Assembly: GCF_006345805.1 (NCBI RefSeq)
Contig: NC_043000.1
Location: 128,712,001-128,776,000 of the forward strand
Direction: 5' to 3'
Length of the DNA stretch: 64,000 nt
Origin: Octopus sinensis
Lineage: Eukaryota
Shown here piece after piece: positions 38,560 through 51,453 of this stretch. Position 1 is the first letter of the stretch; the number at the start of each line of letters is the position of its first letter. The translations under genes were made by a program, and so were the position numbers. The notes beneath the pieces were generated by a model. That model was not told the DNA's origin. It ran no database searches and saw only the letters and a program-made list of their open reading frames with translations.

Positions 38560-40149
38560 ATATACATACATATGTATGTATGCGTGTATTAGTAAACTGT
38601 CACTTAATGGAGAAAACTGCAAACTAGCCCTTCGATAGAAAGAGGTCAATAGAATAAGTGACGCACTGGAATGTATATTTGGGTTAATGCGGTGAACTAA
38701 AATTCCTGATATAAAGGGAGACAGACATACATTCAACATATACACACAACACATATACTAATAGTTACACGTGCGCATGCACACACACGCACGCGCACAC
38801 ACACGCACACAACCGCACGCGCAAACAGAGGCTGATTCACAGATTCATAACTTGCATCTTGTAATAAAGTAATCGGTAGAATTTTCTAAGTTGATTACGT
38901 AACTTTAACTTTGTTGTTATTAACAAAGGACTCTAGGCAGTAAAATGCCTACTTTTTAATCATAAGTGAAATTGTGATAATAATAAATTATAATAACAAA
39001 AAATTATAGTAATGATAATAATACAGTAGACGGTGCTTCAGCATGGCCTTTACCGCATGGGCTAACAAACTAATGAGCCAACGCATGAGTACATATTTTC
39101 AACCGTACATGCACACATTCAAATGTACATGTTAGTTTGTATTTGTTGTTTCGTGTGTCGAGTATGAGGGTGGGGAATGAATGGCGGTAGTGGATAAATT
39201 AATGTAGATTTCTATAGATATTTGTCGAAGCCATATGAAGATGGGCGTGTCAGCGAATGTGTGAACTAAAAACAGCAATGCTTGGATAGCAGGAAATCGG
39301 TTTATAATTTCAAATCGATTTATAATGGGCGAAAAAAAAAAAAGTTTCGATTTACAAACAGACCACACCCTAGCTTTTTCACTCATGTGCAACTAGTGTG
39401 TGTGAGTATGTGATTATATATGTTCCGTATATGACTATATATGTTCTTTGTCTTATGTTTACTTATTTTTTTACTCGTAAATAATACGGTATTGTAGTCC
39501 ATGACATTCGTAGTTGGCTGTGACATCCAAATCAAGTAACACCTCAATAACTCAGTTGTACCCGAAGTGCATTCAATACTTTTTCATTCAGCCAGTAAAA
39601 AACTACTATTAAAACAGACAAAAGAAAAGTGATTGTCAACGATTTGATTTTACTGAACACCAGGCTTTTCTTTTTATCTGTCTGTCTATCTATTTACTTA
39701 GTCTTGCGTGTGAAAGTCTTTCCAGTGGTTTTGAAACAATATGTGTTAAGGAATACGCCTGGATATGCTGCGAATTTTTAGTGTTGTTTCGTGTTTGTAG
39801 AAACATTATAGAAATGTTAGACACTTCGTTTTGTAATTTAAGTCTTTACGAAATCTGTATTAATGCGTGAATATCTTGAAAAACTTGTTATTCATAATTT
39901 TGTCATACACAAATATGATTACATACGTTTTTTTTTTAATTCAGGCACAAGGCCAGCAGTTTTTAAGGGTGGAGCGGTTAACCGATATAGCTGATCTCAG
40001 GACTTGAGTGGTATTTTATTTTATGACTGAGAAAGGATTAAAGTTGACCTCGACAGTATCTGAACTCGGAACGTAAAAGAGCCCAAAGAAATGCTGCAAC
40101 GCGTTTCTTCTGATGTTCTAACTATTCTGCCAGCTTGCTGCTCTATAAG

Positions 40150-40685
40150 GAAAGTGAGAGTAGAGAGGCACGTTTTGTTTAACGAATGTTTCAAAAAAAG
40201 ATGGGTGAATGTAGCAAGGATGGCACGTATGAATGACGAAGCTACCTTGAGCATAATCTTATGAACCCGAAGTGAGGGCGCGTGGCTTAGTGGTTAGGGC
40301 ATTCGGCTCATGATCGTAAGGTTGTGAGTTCGATTCCCGGCAACGCGTTGTGTCCTTGAGCAAGACACTTTATTTCACGTTGCTCCAGTCCACTCAGCTG
40401 GCAAAAATGAGTTGTACTTGTATTTCAAAGGGTCAGCCTTGTCACTCTCTGTGTCACGCTGATTATCTCCGAGAACTACGTTAAGGGTACACGTGCCTGT
40501 GGAATGCTCAGCCATTTGCACGTTAATTTCACGAGCAAGCTGTTCCGCTGATCGTATCAGCTGGGACCCTCGTCGTCGTAACTGGCGGAGTCTTTTTAAT
40601 GAACCCGAAAAAATTTAAAACAGAGGGTTACCTACTTGCAAACAAATGAGGCAACATGTAACATTATTGACCGAGGTTACCGTAT
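40150..40685 (+). mobile_element. Tx1-like LINE 3' fragment interrupted by a SINE
   Basis: Matches 42065-42260 on both sides of the SINE insertion. Confidence 0.85.
40272..40598 (+). mobile_element. Full-length tRNA-derived SINE family C with 11-bp TSD ATGAACCCGAA
   Basis: A box TGGCTTAGTGG, B box GTTCGATTCCC, CORE-like GTGTCCTTGAGCAAGACAC; TSD at 40261-40271 and 40599-40609. Confidence 0.92.
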
Positions 40686-40844
40686 GTTTAATAGAAATAA
40701 CCTACACAATGATTTTGTATATTCACACCTTTTGTAAACTTTAAAACAGTTTTTTAATGGTAAATTTTACAAAAATATACAAAACAGTTGCTTACGTTGT
40801 TTTTATCAATCATATTTGTGTATAGGGCGAGTTACATACAATCC

Positions 40845-41020
40845 GTGAGCTTGCTGTACAAGTGGAACGTATTAGAGAAGTTAGTGGAAGACTTTGTGCA
40901 TCGGATAGCGTGTGCAAAGCGGTTACATCGGCAGTTGACACTCGATTTGAGGGAGAGATGGGTCGGAGTCTGCTCTGAGCGACCGCAAGTGTTTGAAGTC
41001 AATGAAGACAACGTTTCCCA
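40845..41020 (+). pseudogene. Degenerate mariner transposase fragment (HTH to linker)
   Basis: TIRELAVQV, then (frameshifted) [31 protein letters not shown], resembling the mariner R-x-x-C-A-K-W-V-P-R-Q-L-T linker. Confidence 0.55.
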
Positions 41021-41029
41021 CCCACACCG

Positions 41030-41122
<93 letters not shown>

Positions 41123-41162
41123 CCTATCTATCTGTCTGTCTGTCTGTATGTATGTCTCTCTG

Positions 41163-41239
<77 letters not shown>

Positions 41240-41245
41240 TTATCT

Positions 41246-42538
41246 AACGCATTCTCTTTCGCTTCTTGTGGAAAGGATGCGTCCCGATGGTCAGGCGATC
41301 CATTTGCTGTCAACACCCGTTAAAAGGAGGACTGGGCATGCCGTGGTTGATGATGCGCAGAGACGCGCTGAGACTGCGACATCTCAGGCTCTATGTAGAC
41401 GACGGTGAACAGGTGTGGTCGCCGTTTGTGAGGCACGCAGTCGTGGATCAAAAAGAAGCCGAGGAAGGGCGAATGGCACCGCGAGTGTCGCGTTGCTCTC
41501 AAGCAACTATGCCGTCCCGGGTCGACCTTGAGTGACTTCAACACAACCAAAGCATTCTATGGGGGATTAGTGGAGGGGAGGTACGACGACGAGCTCGGGG
41601 CGAACCTGGACGTCGACGAGGAATACCTGACCCGCCTGTTCAAGACGACTTTCGGGCCAGGGCCCATGGACAACTTCCAGAGATCCCTGGCCTGGCAGTG
41701 CTACCGAGAAGCGCTATCCGTTCGGAATAAGCTCTACATACATGGCTCGAGAAACATGAGGCCGACCTGCCCGAGATGCGGTCAGAGCGACGAAACCGTC
41801 TGCACACACTCGTGCAGTGTCCAACAATTTCCGACCTGTGGGCTTATGTCGAACGACTGCTGTCACGTGTGGGACGAGTCGGTTTATCAGCCGAGTCTAT
41901 CGTCAATATTGTCACGCCTCCTTCCTTCAAACGGGAAGCAAGAGCTATTTTTATCATTCTTGTGGCTACGGCGAAAGAATGTATCTGGTGGGCGCGTCTA
42001 AAAGGATTGGAGACAAACGCTTTCCTCTCTGGTCAATCTCTCATCAACTTCTTCAAGTATCTCTTGAAGTGAGAGTAGAGAGGCAACTTTTGTTTAACGA
42101 ATGTTTCAAAAAAAGATGGGTGAATGTAGCAAGGATGGCACGTATGAATGACGAAGCCACCTTGAGCATAATCTTATGAACCCGAAAAAATTTAAAACAG
42201 AGGGTTACCTACTTGCAAACAAATGAGGTAACATGTAACATTATTGACCGAGGTTACCGTGGTCTTTTCCGTAGGCTTTTCTTTCCACGGATAAACCTTA
42301 TCTGCTTCTCCCTTTACACTTTACATCATGACATTTCTGTGATACACGATCCCTATTGATCGTTTTTTTCCCTTTTTTCTTTCCTTTTTTCTCTTTTTCT
42401 TTTTCTTTTTTTTTTCTTCCCCCTTTACGATCCCTTTTGATTGAAAATCTACCTCACTTTTTTTCTCCCCAAAAAGAAAAGCTCCACTTTGTAATCTGCC
42501 CCGTCTGTGTGCAGCCCTGTGTGGCTAATAAAGAAACA
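41246..42538 (+). mobile_element. 5'-truncated L1/Tx1-clade LINE embedded in (TATC)n
   Basis: [18 protein letters not shown] and CPRCGQSDET zinc-finger region; T-rich 3' UTR ending GCTAATAAAGAAACA; (TATC)n on both sides. Confidence 0.9.
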
Positions 42539-42614
<76 letters not shown>

Positions 42615-42663
42615 CATCTATCTATCCTTTCCCTCTCTCTCTTTATCCTATCTCTCTCTCCCT

Positions 42664-42726
<63 letters not shown>

Positions 42727-42790
42727 GCATGTATATGTCCTTCCATACCTATATACATATCTACATGTATATAAATGAATGTCTGTGTCT

Positions 42791-42838
<48 letters not shown>

Positions 42839-44476
42839 ACACATTCAGTTTCTTCAGTTATTCATCTGAGTGTCTCTTCAGTGCAGAATGCTAGAAGATT
42901 ACATTACATTATATTTGTGAAGTTTAAGAAACTTCTCCCTTGCTGAACAGCAAAAATATATCACAATATCACCGAAGTTGCACATAATACTGAAACGGTT
43001 CAACAGCAGGTGCATTTGTAAATTTACCTGGCTGTTTTAATTTGAAAAAAAAAATGCTTCGTAATGCTTCTTTTTGTTACATAAATTGAATGAAATAATT
43101 CCGTATTTATTTCTCCCTTTCTATTCCTCTGTGTGTGTGTGTGTGTGTGTTATATGTATGTGCATAAACTTTTATTCTTTTGTATGGTTCAGTCATTAGA
43201 CTACAACAGTACTGTGGCGCTACCTTGAAGGATTTCATCAACAAAATCCACTTGTTACCTATTTTAAGTCTGGTACTTATTCAATCAGTGTTTCTTTTTA
43301 TTGAAGTATCGAGTTACACGATCGTAAATAAACCAACACCAATCGTAAAAAGGTGAGACAAACGCACGCATAATCTTATATACATAAATACACATGCACA
43401 TATGTACATACATACATGCATACGTACATATATATATATATATATATAAATAATATATATATATAATATAAATAATATATATATATAATATAAATAATAT
43501 ATATATATATATATATATATATGCATATATACATACGTATACGTACATACATGTTTATGTATATACATATACATATGTACGTATATACATATGCACAGGA
43601 CGTCACAAAAAATATACAACAATTAGTACGAAGTACGAACACCTGGAATAAGGGCTTTTTTGCAAGCAACGAAAGAAACAAAAGGAAGACAATTCACGTG
43701 AATTGCTCGAAATACGGACTAGAAAAACAGCCGACAACTGATGAAGGGTCGTTCCTTGCGTTGCTTGTCTTGTTTTCCATTTGTTTCTTTCTTTGCTTGC
43801 AAAAAAGTCCTTATTCCATGTCCTCGTACTTCGTATTAATTGTTGTTTATGTTTTGTGACGTCCTATGCCCACATATGCATATGTATATACGTAAATATG
43901 TAAATATGTACGTATACGTCTGTATATAAGCATATATATTATTTATATTATTATATGATTGAACGCCACGCATTCTTTTCCAAGTATATATATAATGGTG
44001 TCATTGAGACCCAAAGGTGTCAGGTAATGTTGAATAAGCGCTATAGACAGACCATAGTTAAGTTCCAGATTCGGTAATTTTGCGAATGAGGGGTTCAACG
44101 TTGGTTCTATGTCAACGTGTGTATGTAAGAATTTTTTGCGTAATGAGATAAAAAAAAGACATCGCTGTGTAGATATTAGACCTTCTGTCTATAAATGTTC
44201 TAATATCTACACAGCCTTGGTTTTTTATCTCACTACGCAAAAAATTCTTATATATATATAAGTAACGCGCCAACGCACGAAACCCTCGGTTTTTGAGTCA
44301 CTCTGTTTCTTCTGCTAAATATTAATAAAAAATATACAATTACTCAGATTTTGAGTTCTACTTTCTCTGTTTGCAGTAACATACCTATATGTATGTGTGT
44401 GTGTGTATGTATATATACATGCATACATACATACACATACATACATACATACATACATACATACATACATACATAC

Positions 44477-44530
<54 letters not shown>

Positions 44531-44534
<4 letters not shown>

Positions 44535-44948
44535 CGCAGGAGTGGCTGTGTGGTAAGTAGCTTGTTTACCAGCCACATGGTTCCGGGTTCAGTCCCACTG
44601 CATAGCACCTTGGGCAAGTGTCTTCTACTATAGCCTCGGGCCGACCAAAGCCTTGTGGGTGGATTTGGTAGACGGAAACTGAAAGAAGCCCGTCGTATAT
44701 ATGTATATATATATATGTGTGTGTGTGTGTTTGTGTGTCTGTGTTTGCCCCCCTAGCATTGCTTGACAACCGATGCTGGTGTGTTTATGTCCCCGTTACT
44801 TAGCGGTTCGGCAAAAGACACCGATAGAATAAGTACAAGGCTTACAAAAGAATAAGTCCCGGGGTCGAGTTGCTCGATTGAATGTGGTGCTCCAGCATGG
44901 CCGCAGTCAAATTACTGAAACAAGTAAAAGAGTAAGAGTAAAAGAGTA

Positions 44949-44950
<2 letters not shown>
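44531..44950 (+). mobile_element. Intact SINE family B copy
   Basis: TAGGCGCAGGAGTGGCTGTGTGG...GGTTCAGTCCC...CACCTTGGGCAAG...GACTGAAACAAGTAAAAGAG; the mirror copy at 61350-61772(-) is nearly identical. Confidence 0.9.
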
Positions 44951-44980
<30 letters not shown>

Positions 44981-44991
44981 GTGTGTATATA

Positions 44992-45805
44992 GAAATACAA
45001 CAAGAGGCTTCCAAAAAGGAAAGCCTTGTGCTAGAAAGAGCAGTAGAAAACTCAAACCACCAATTAAGGATAAATTCTCGAAAAGAATGAAAATTAAAAA
45101 TGTTTACCATCTCAATTATTTCCCAGACCATGGTTCCTAACTATTTCCAGCAAAAAAAATATTCGCTGAAGGCCAGTTTTCATCCTCGAGAATTTATCTT
45201 AATTGGTGGTTTGAGCTTTCTACTGCTCTTTCTAGCACAAGGCTTTCCTATTTGAAAGCCTCTTGTTGTATTTCTATGAGAATAATATATAGTCTAATGA
45301 GTAATTCGGTTTTTGTGCTAGGCCACTGGTAATAATAATTTTTTATTACCCTATTGTTATTTGTTATGTTTAAATATTCTTTGATAAATTTGTTCGAAAT
45401 TTTTACCGGCATCCTCTCTGTCGCCGGGTATAATCTGCGTCTGCGCAGTGGTCTGAAAAGTTAGGATATACAGGCAGTTAGTTTTACATGTGGATCTGGC
45501 TGTGTGTATATTTCGAAATCTAAAGGTTTTCCCACTTATGAAAACTTGCCTTCGGCGAATATTTTTTGCTGGAAATAGTTAGAAACCATGGTCTGGGAAA
45601 TAATTGAGATGGTAGACGTTTTTAATTTTCATTCCTTTCGAGAATTTATCCTTAATTGGTGGTTTGAGTTTTCTACTGCTCTTTCTAGCACAAGGCTTTC
45701 CTATTTGGAAGCCTCTTGTATTTCTATGAGAATAATATATAGTCTAATGACTAATTCGTTGTTTGTGCTAGGCTACTGGTAATAATAATTTTTATTACCC
45801 TATTG
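44992..45805 (-). mobile_element. Rearranged (inverted plus direct duplicated) repeat, probably a PLE 5' region remnant
   Basis: The segment order rc(b)rc(a)-b-c-x-a-b-c is visible. The minus strand gives FHKWENL*ISKY and LRRRRLY, weakly similar to a Penelope N-terminus. Confidence 0.4.
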
Positions 45806-45887
<82 letters not shown>

Positions 45888-45889
45888 GT

Positions 45890-46288
45890 GAATGTGTGGT
45901 AAGTAGCTTGCTTTCCAACTGCATGATTCTCGAGATTCAGTCCCACTGCGTGGCACCTTGGCTGTCGTCTATTATAGCCTCTTGCCGATCAAAGCCTTGT
46001 GAGTGGACCTGGTAGACGGAAACTGAAAGAAGCCCGCCGTATATATATGTATATAATTATGTGTGTGTGTTTGTGTCTGCATTTGGCCCCACCTCACCCC
46101 CCCCCATCTCTTGATAACAAATGTTGGTGTGTTTACGTCCCCATAATTTAGCGGTTCGGCACAAGTGACCGATAGAATAAGTACCAGGATTACAAAGAAT
46201 AAATCCAGGAGACGATTTCTGCGACTAAAAGGCGGTGCTCCAGCATGGCCCCAGTCAAATGACTGAAACAAATAAAAGAATAAAAAAA

Positions 46289-46290
<2 letters not shown>
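45890..46290 (+). mobile_element. SINE family B copy
   Basis: Collinear with 44531-44950. Confidence 0.85.
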
Positions 46291-46329
<39 letters not shown>

Positions 46330-47788
46330 CATACAAGCATATTTATACATATATACATACATACATATATGTATATACATATATATATATATGCATACAC
46401 AACCTATATATACACACACACATATATATGTACATATACATACATATACGTACATATAATACATGTGTGTGCACATATATATATATATATATGTGCATGT
46501 ATATATAACATAACCAAGTTAATTAATACAGGTACACATAATGTACACACACACTCACGCACACTTTATATATATATATGTGTGTGTTATGTGTTGGCGC
46601 ATACTGATATATGATAGTATATATTAGCATATATGAGTTTGTGGGCTTGTGCATATTGTGTGTGTGTGTGTGTGTGTGTATGGAGGGTATAAGCGCGTTT
46701 AACTTGTAGATGCTATGAAGATATCAAATATGTACGCTGATATCAACTACTTTCTTAACGATAACCACCCACGCCTAATCTGGTTTCCTTTCAACCCTAT
46801 TTCTACGGATTTCTCTGACTACTTCGATAACCTTCCACACCTTTTCTCTCTGACTTTCTATTCACCCTCCCTCACAGATACTCTTCCTCACTCACTCACT
46901 CACTCACTCATTCCCTAATTCCCTCCCTCTCTCTCTCTCTTATTCTCTGCGACGCAATTGTATTTATTCACTTCCAGTTTTTAATTCAAGGTTTATCTGA
47001 CATTCATGAATCGTCATTGTTTTATTCACCTCCTTCTCTTTAATCTCACTCTCTCCGTCCCTCCCTTTCTCTCGCTCATACGCAAAATCGCTCTCGTTCT
47101 GTGTCTCCTTTCTTAATGGTTTCTTGTTGCTCTTTTTTTCTTGTTCACCCTCTTCTTCTCCTCCATTTTTCTCATTCTACCCTCTTGTATTTTTTATTTT
47201 TATTAGACGCAGTTGTAAATTTTCCACTTTCAGATTTACATTCAAGGTTTACTTCAGATTAATACCTGGTCTTTAGTTTTCATATCTCCCACTGTGTTTT
47301 AATCTCCCCCTCTCTTTCTCTGTCTCTCTGCTTCTGTTTCTCTCTCTCGCCCCTCTCACATACACACTATTTCTTTATTTTTTTATTCCTCTCACATACA
47401 CACATTCACATACACACACGCTCACATATGTATGTGTGGAATGAGTATGTGTAAATATATAAGTATATGTATGTATGTATGTATGCATGTATGTATCTAT
47501 GTATGTATGTATGTATGTATGTATGTATGCATGCATGTATGTATGCATGCATGCAAGGATTATGTATGTATGTATGTATGTATGTATGTATGCATATAAG
47601 GATGTATGTATACGTGGGTATGTGTGTAAATACTTGTTTAATATTCGGGAATCAAGTCAGGGTCATTCGAAATATACAGTATATTTTGAACCTGAATATA
47701 GATGTGGATATGTAGATCATGCTAGCCGTAATAAAGGGTGTTAGGTAAGCAAACACACACACACACATGTATGTTGTTATGTATATAT

Positions 47789-47842
<54 letters not shown>

Positions 47843-47989
47843 GACACATATACATATGTGTATGTTTAAGTTTATATATATACATACATACATACATACA
47901 TACATGCATATATGTATATATATATATCGTATTGAGCACTTTACGTGATGCATTTTTCAATAACAACAACGACGAGGACGACGATGATG

Positions 47990-48038
<49 letters not shown>

Positions 48039-48040
<2 letters not shown>

Positions 48041-51000
48041 TTTCTTTATTAGCCACACAGGGCTGCACACAGATAGAACAAATTACAAGGTAGAGCTTTT
48101 CTTTTGAAGGTTTAAAAAAAAAAAAAAAAAAAAGGAAGGGGAGTTTCGATCAAAAGGGATCGTAAAAGGAGAGAAAGAGGACAAAAAAAAGGGGGGGTTA
48201 AAAAAAAGGAGGAGAGGAAAAAAAAAATTGATCAATAGGGATCGTTATCACAGAAATGTCAATATGAAGTGTAAAGGGGAGGACAGGTGGGGTTTACCCG
48301 CGGAAAGAAAAGCCTACGGAAAAGACCACGGTAACCTCGGTCAATGAAGTCACATTTTATATTTCTTTTTTTTTTTTTTTGCAAATAAGCAACTCTCTGT
48401 TTTCGATTTCTGGGTTCATAGGACTATGCTCAAGGTGGCTTCGTCATTCATACGTGCCATTCTTGCTACATTCACCCATCTTTTTTTAAAACATTCGCTA
48501 GACAAAACTTGCCTCTCTACTCTCACTTCCTTTTCAAGTGGTACTTGAAGAAGTTGATGAGAGATTGACCAGAGAGGAAAGTGTTTGTCTCCAATCCTTT
48601 CAGACGCGTCCACCAGATACATTCTTTCGCCATAGCCACAAGGATGATGAAAATAGCTCTTCCTTCCCGTTTGAAGGAAGGAGGCGTGACAATATTGACG
48701 ATAGACTCAGCTGATAAACCGACTCGTCCCACACGTGACAGCAGTTGTTCGACATAAGCCCACAGGTCGGAAATTGTTGGACACTGAACGAGTGCGTGCA
48801 GAACGGTTTCGTCGCTCTGACCGCATCTCGGGCAGGTCGGCCCCGTGTTTCTCGAGCCGTGTCTGTAGAGCTTATCCCGAACGGGTAGCGCTTCTCGGTA
48901 GCACTGCCAGGCCAGGGATCTCTGGAAGTTGTCCATGGCCCTGGCCCGAAAGTCGTCCTGAACAGGCGGGTCAGGTACTCCTCGTCGACGTCCAGGTTCG
49001 CCCCGAGCTCGTCGTCGTACCTCCCCTCCACTAAACCCCTATAGAATGCTTTGGTTGTGTTGAAGTCACTTAAGGTCGACCCAGGACGGCAGAGTTGCTT
49101 GAGAGCAACGCGACACTCGCGGTGCCATTCGCCCTTCCTCGGCCTCTTTTTGATCCACGACTGCAGTTCGGTCATGGAGACGAGCTGCGGGAAAGCGTGC
49201 CTCACAAACGGCGACCACACCTGTTCACCGTCGTCTACATAGAGCCAGAGATGTCGCAGTCTCAGCGCGTGTCTGCGCATCATCAACCACGGCATGCCCA
49301 GCCCTCCTTTTAACGGTGTTGACAGCAAATGGATCGCCTGACCATCGGGACGCATCCTTTCCACAAGAAGCGAAAGAGGATGCGTTGTAGTTTGGTGATG
49401 GTAGGGTCGGGACAAGGTACGACGGTCAGGCGGTAGTAGATGACGGACGCGATGTACGTGTTCGCCACCTCCGCTCGACCTTTTAGGGACAGTTTCCTCT
49501 CGGCCCATTGCGGGCGAGAGTGACCACCCTACTCGTTATCTCGTTCCAGTTCTTCTCCACTTGGAGGTCCGGACCAACCAGACCCCGAGCAACTCACCGG
49601 GCCGTCGGTCCAGCGTCCCACGACGGAGGCGCTGGTGGACGGCATGGGCTTGCTTCTCCAGGTGCCTAGTCGCAAGCCCACTGACTTTTCCCGGTTGATT
49701 TTCGCTCCTGTCACCGCTTCGTAGTTTTTCAGTGTCTCGCCGACCAGCTCGATGTGCTCGTGCTAGACACTATGACGGTGACGTCGTCCGCGTATGCAGA
49801 CACGCTCGTCCCGCATCCCAATTCTCGCGGGATGCCCCTTAGAGTCGCCAGCTTCCGCAGTAGTGGCTCAAGAGTCAATACGTATAGAAGCGCCGAGAGG
49901 GGGCATCCCTGACGGACGAACGTGCAATGTCGAAAGGTCTCGATAGATGTCCATTTACGCGAATTACCGAACGGATGCCTCTGTACAAGCAGCTATCCAG
50001 CCGCGGAAGACGGGACCGAAACCAGCCGCTCTCAGGACTGCCTCCAAGTATCGATGGTCTACCCTATCAAAGGCTTTCGATTGATCCAAGTTGATCAGGG
50101 CCCCACCCATGCCAGGTTCGTTAACTACCCTGTCTATGATGTAGCGCATCAGATGGAGGTTGTCATGGATGGTCGGCGCATGTTGCGCCTTGTCGACCAG
50201 TTTCTCGATGACAAGCGCCAACCTCTTGGCTAGCACCTTGGCCAAAATTTTCAAGTCTGCATTAAGCAGAGTGATGGGCCTAAAGTTATCTATTACATTT
50301 CCCTTGTTTAGATCTTTCTTCAGCAGTGTTACGGCTCCTCGGCTCACAAAACCAGGAATGCTCCCGTTTTGCTGCCAGTTGCAGTACACCGCCGCCAAGA
50401 GATCTCCAAACAAGTCTGGCATACAATTGTAAAGCTCGTAGGGTAGACCATCCAAACCCGGTGATTTGTCCCTCGAGCATTCTGCCATCGCTCCCCGCAC
50501 TTCCGCCGCCGTGATGGCACCTTCGCAGCACCCTGCCTTTCTTGTCGAGAGTCGTGGTAGGCTATGTAGGTAGGCACTGAAGTCCACCCTACGTTCTTGC
50601 CCTCCACTCGTTCCGAACAGTCGGGCAAAATGCTGCTGAAAGGCCTCACACATTTTACTTGGCTCGAGCAATTCGCGCCCCTGTTCATCTACCAGTGACC
50701 GAATGGTGGCTTTGTTGCCCTGTTGCGCCTCTGCCACCCGGGCCTCTCTCGCGGCTCCAACACCTTCGTTCCTTAGAGCACGCATCCTAGCTCTGACAGC
50801 ACATCCTTCGTGTTTGGCGTTGAAGTGTTAGTCGAGGGCCAACCTCGCCGCCAAAACGTCGGATGCGATGCCGCTTCTAATTGCCTCTTCTAGCTTCTTA
50901 ACTAGCTCACCCTCTACTCTATTTCTATCTATGGCTAGTGCTTTGCTGTACCTAATCGCTTCTGCTTTTACTGCTCTCTTGAGGGCAAACCACCATTTGT

Positions 51001-51453
51001 TGTTGATGATGGCACCCGTCAAAGCCCTCTTTACTAGTGTGCTAATCCGGTCTCTGAAAACTTGTCTCGATGGGAAAGACGCGTTAGTTTCCAGTATCCG
51101 GGACCCTGCCTAAGTGTCTTACCTAAGTCTAGCGTACATGTCACAAGTTTGTGATCCGTGTAGCTGACTATGTGGAATTGTGGACATCCTATGCTATCTC
51201 TATCTACTGTCCTACACAGTATCCTATCTAGATACGATCTCGACGACCCGATGCGGTTGCTCCATGTCCACGTTGGCGCATTCGGGTGGTCTAGTCGGAA
51301 CCTGTCAGACAGTTGAAAGCGTCTGAGCAGGTCTCTGAGGCATTTGCATCCCCGTCTATTCCTATCTCTACCCACGTAGTCTACATGCGTGTCCAAGGTA
51401 GCATTCCAATCCCCCACTAAGAGTAAAGGACGAGCCGTTCCCAAGAAAACTTC
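48039..51453 (-). mobile_element. 5'-truncated, frameshifted L1/Tx1-clade LINE ORF2 (APE C-terminus, RT, Cys-rich finger, 3' UTR) with (TTA)n on both flanks
   Basis: LLVGDWN, TWTW..SYLDRI, KSPGLDGLPYE, FRPITLLNADLKILAK, LDQSKAFDRV, VRQGCPLS, AYADDVT and CPRCGQSDETVLHALVQC; same 3' end GCTAATAAAGAAACA as the 42538 copy. Confidence 0.95.

Noticed and set aside
40272-40350. tRNA genes at the A/B-box-containing heads (also 22170-22251, 30290-30367 and 44531-44600)
   Set aside because: They do not close a cloverleaf and continue into multi-copy SINE bodies; one has a TSD.
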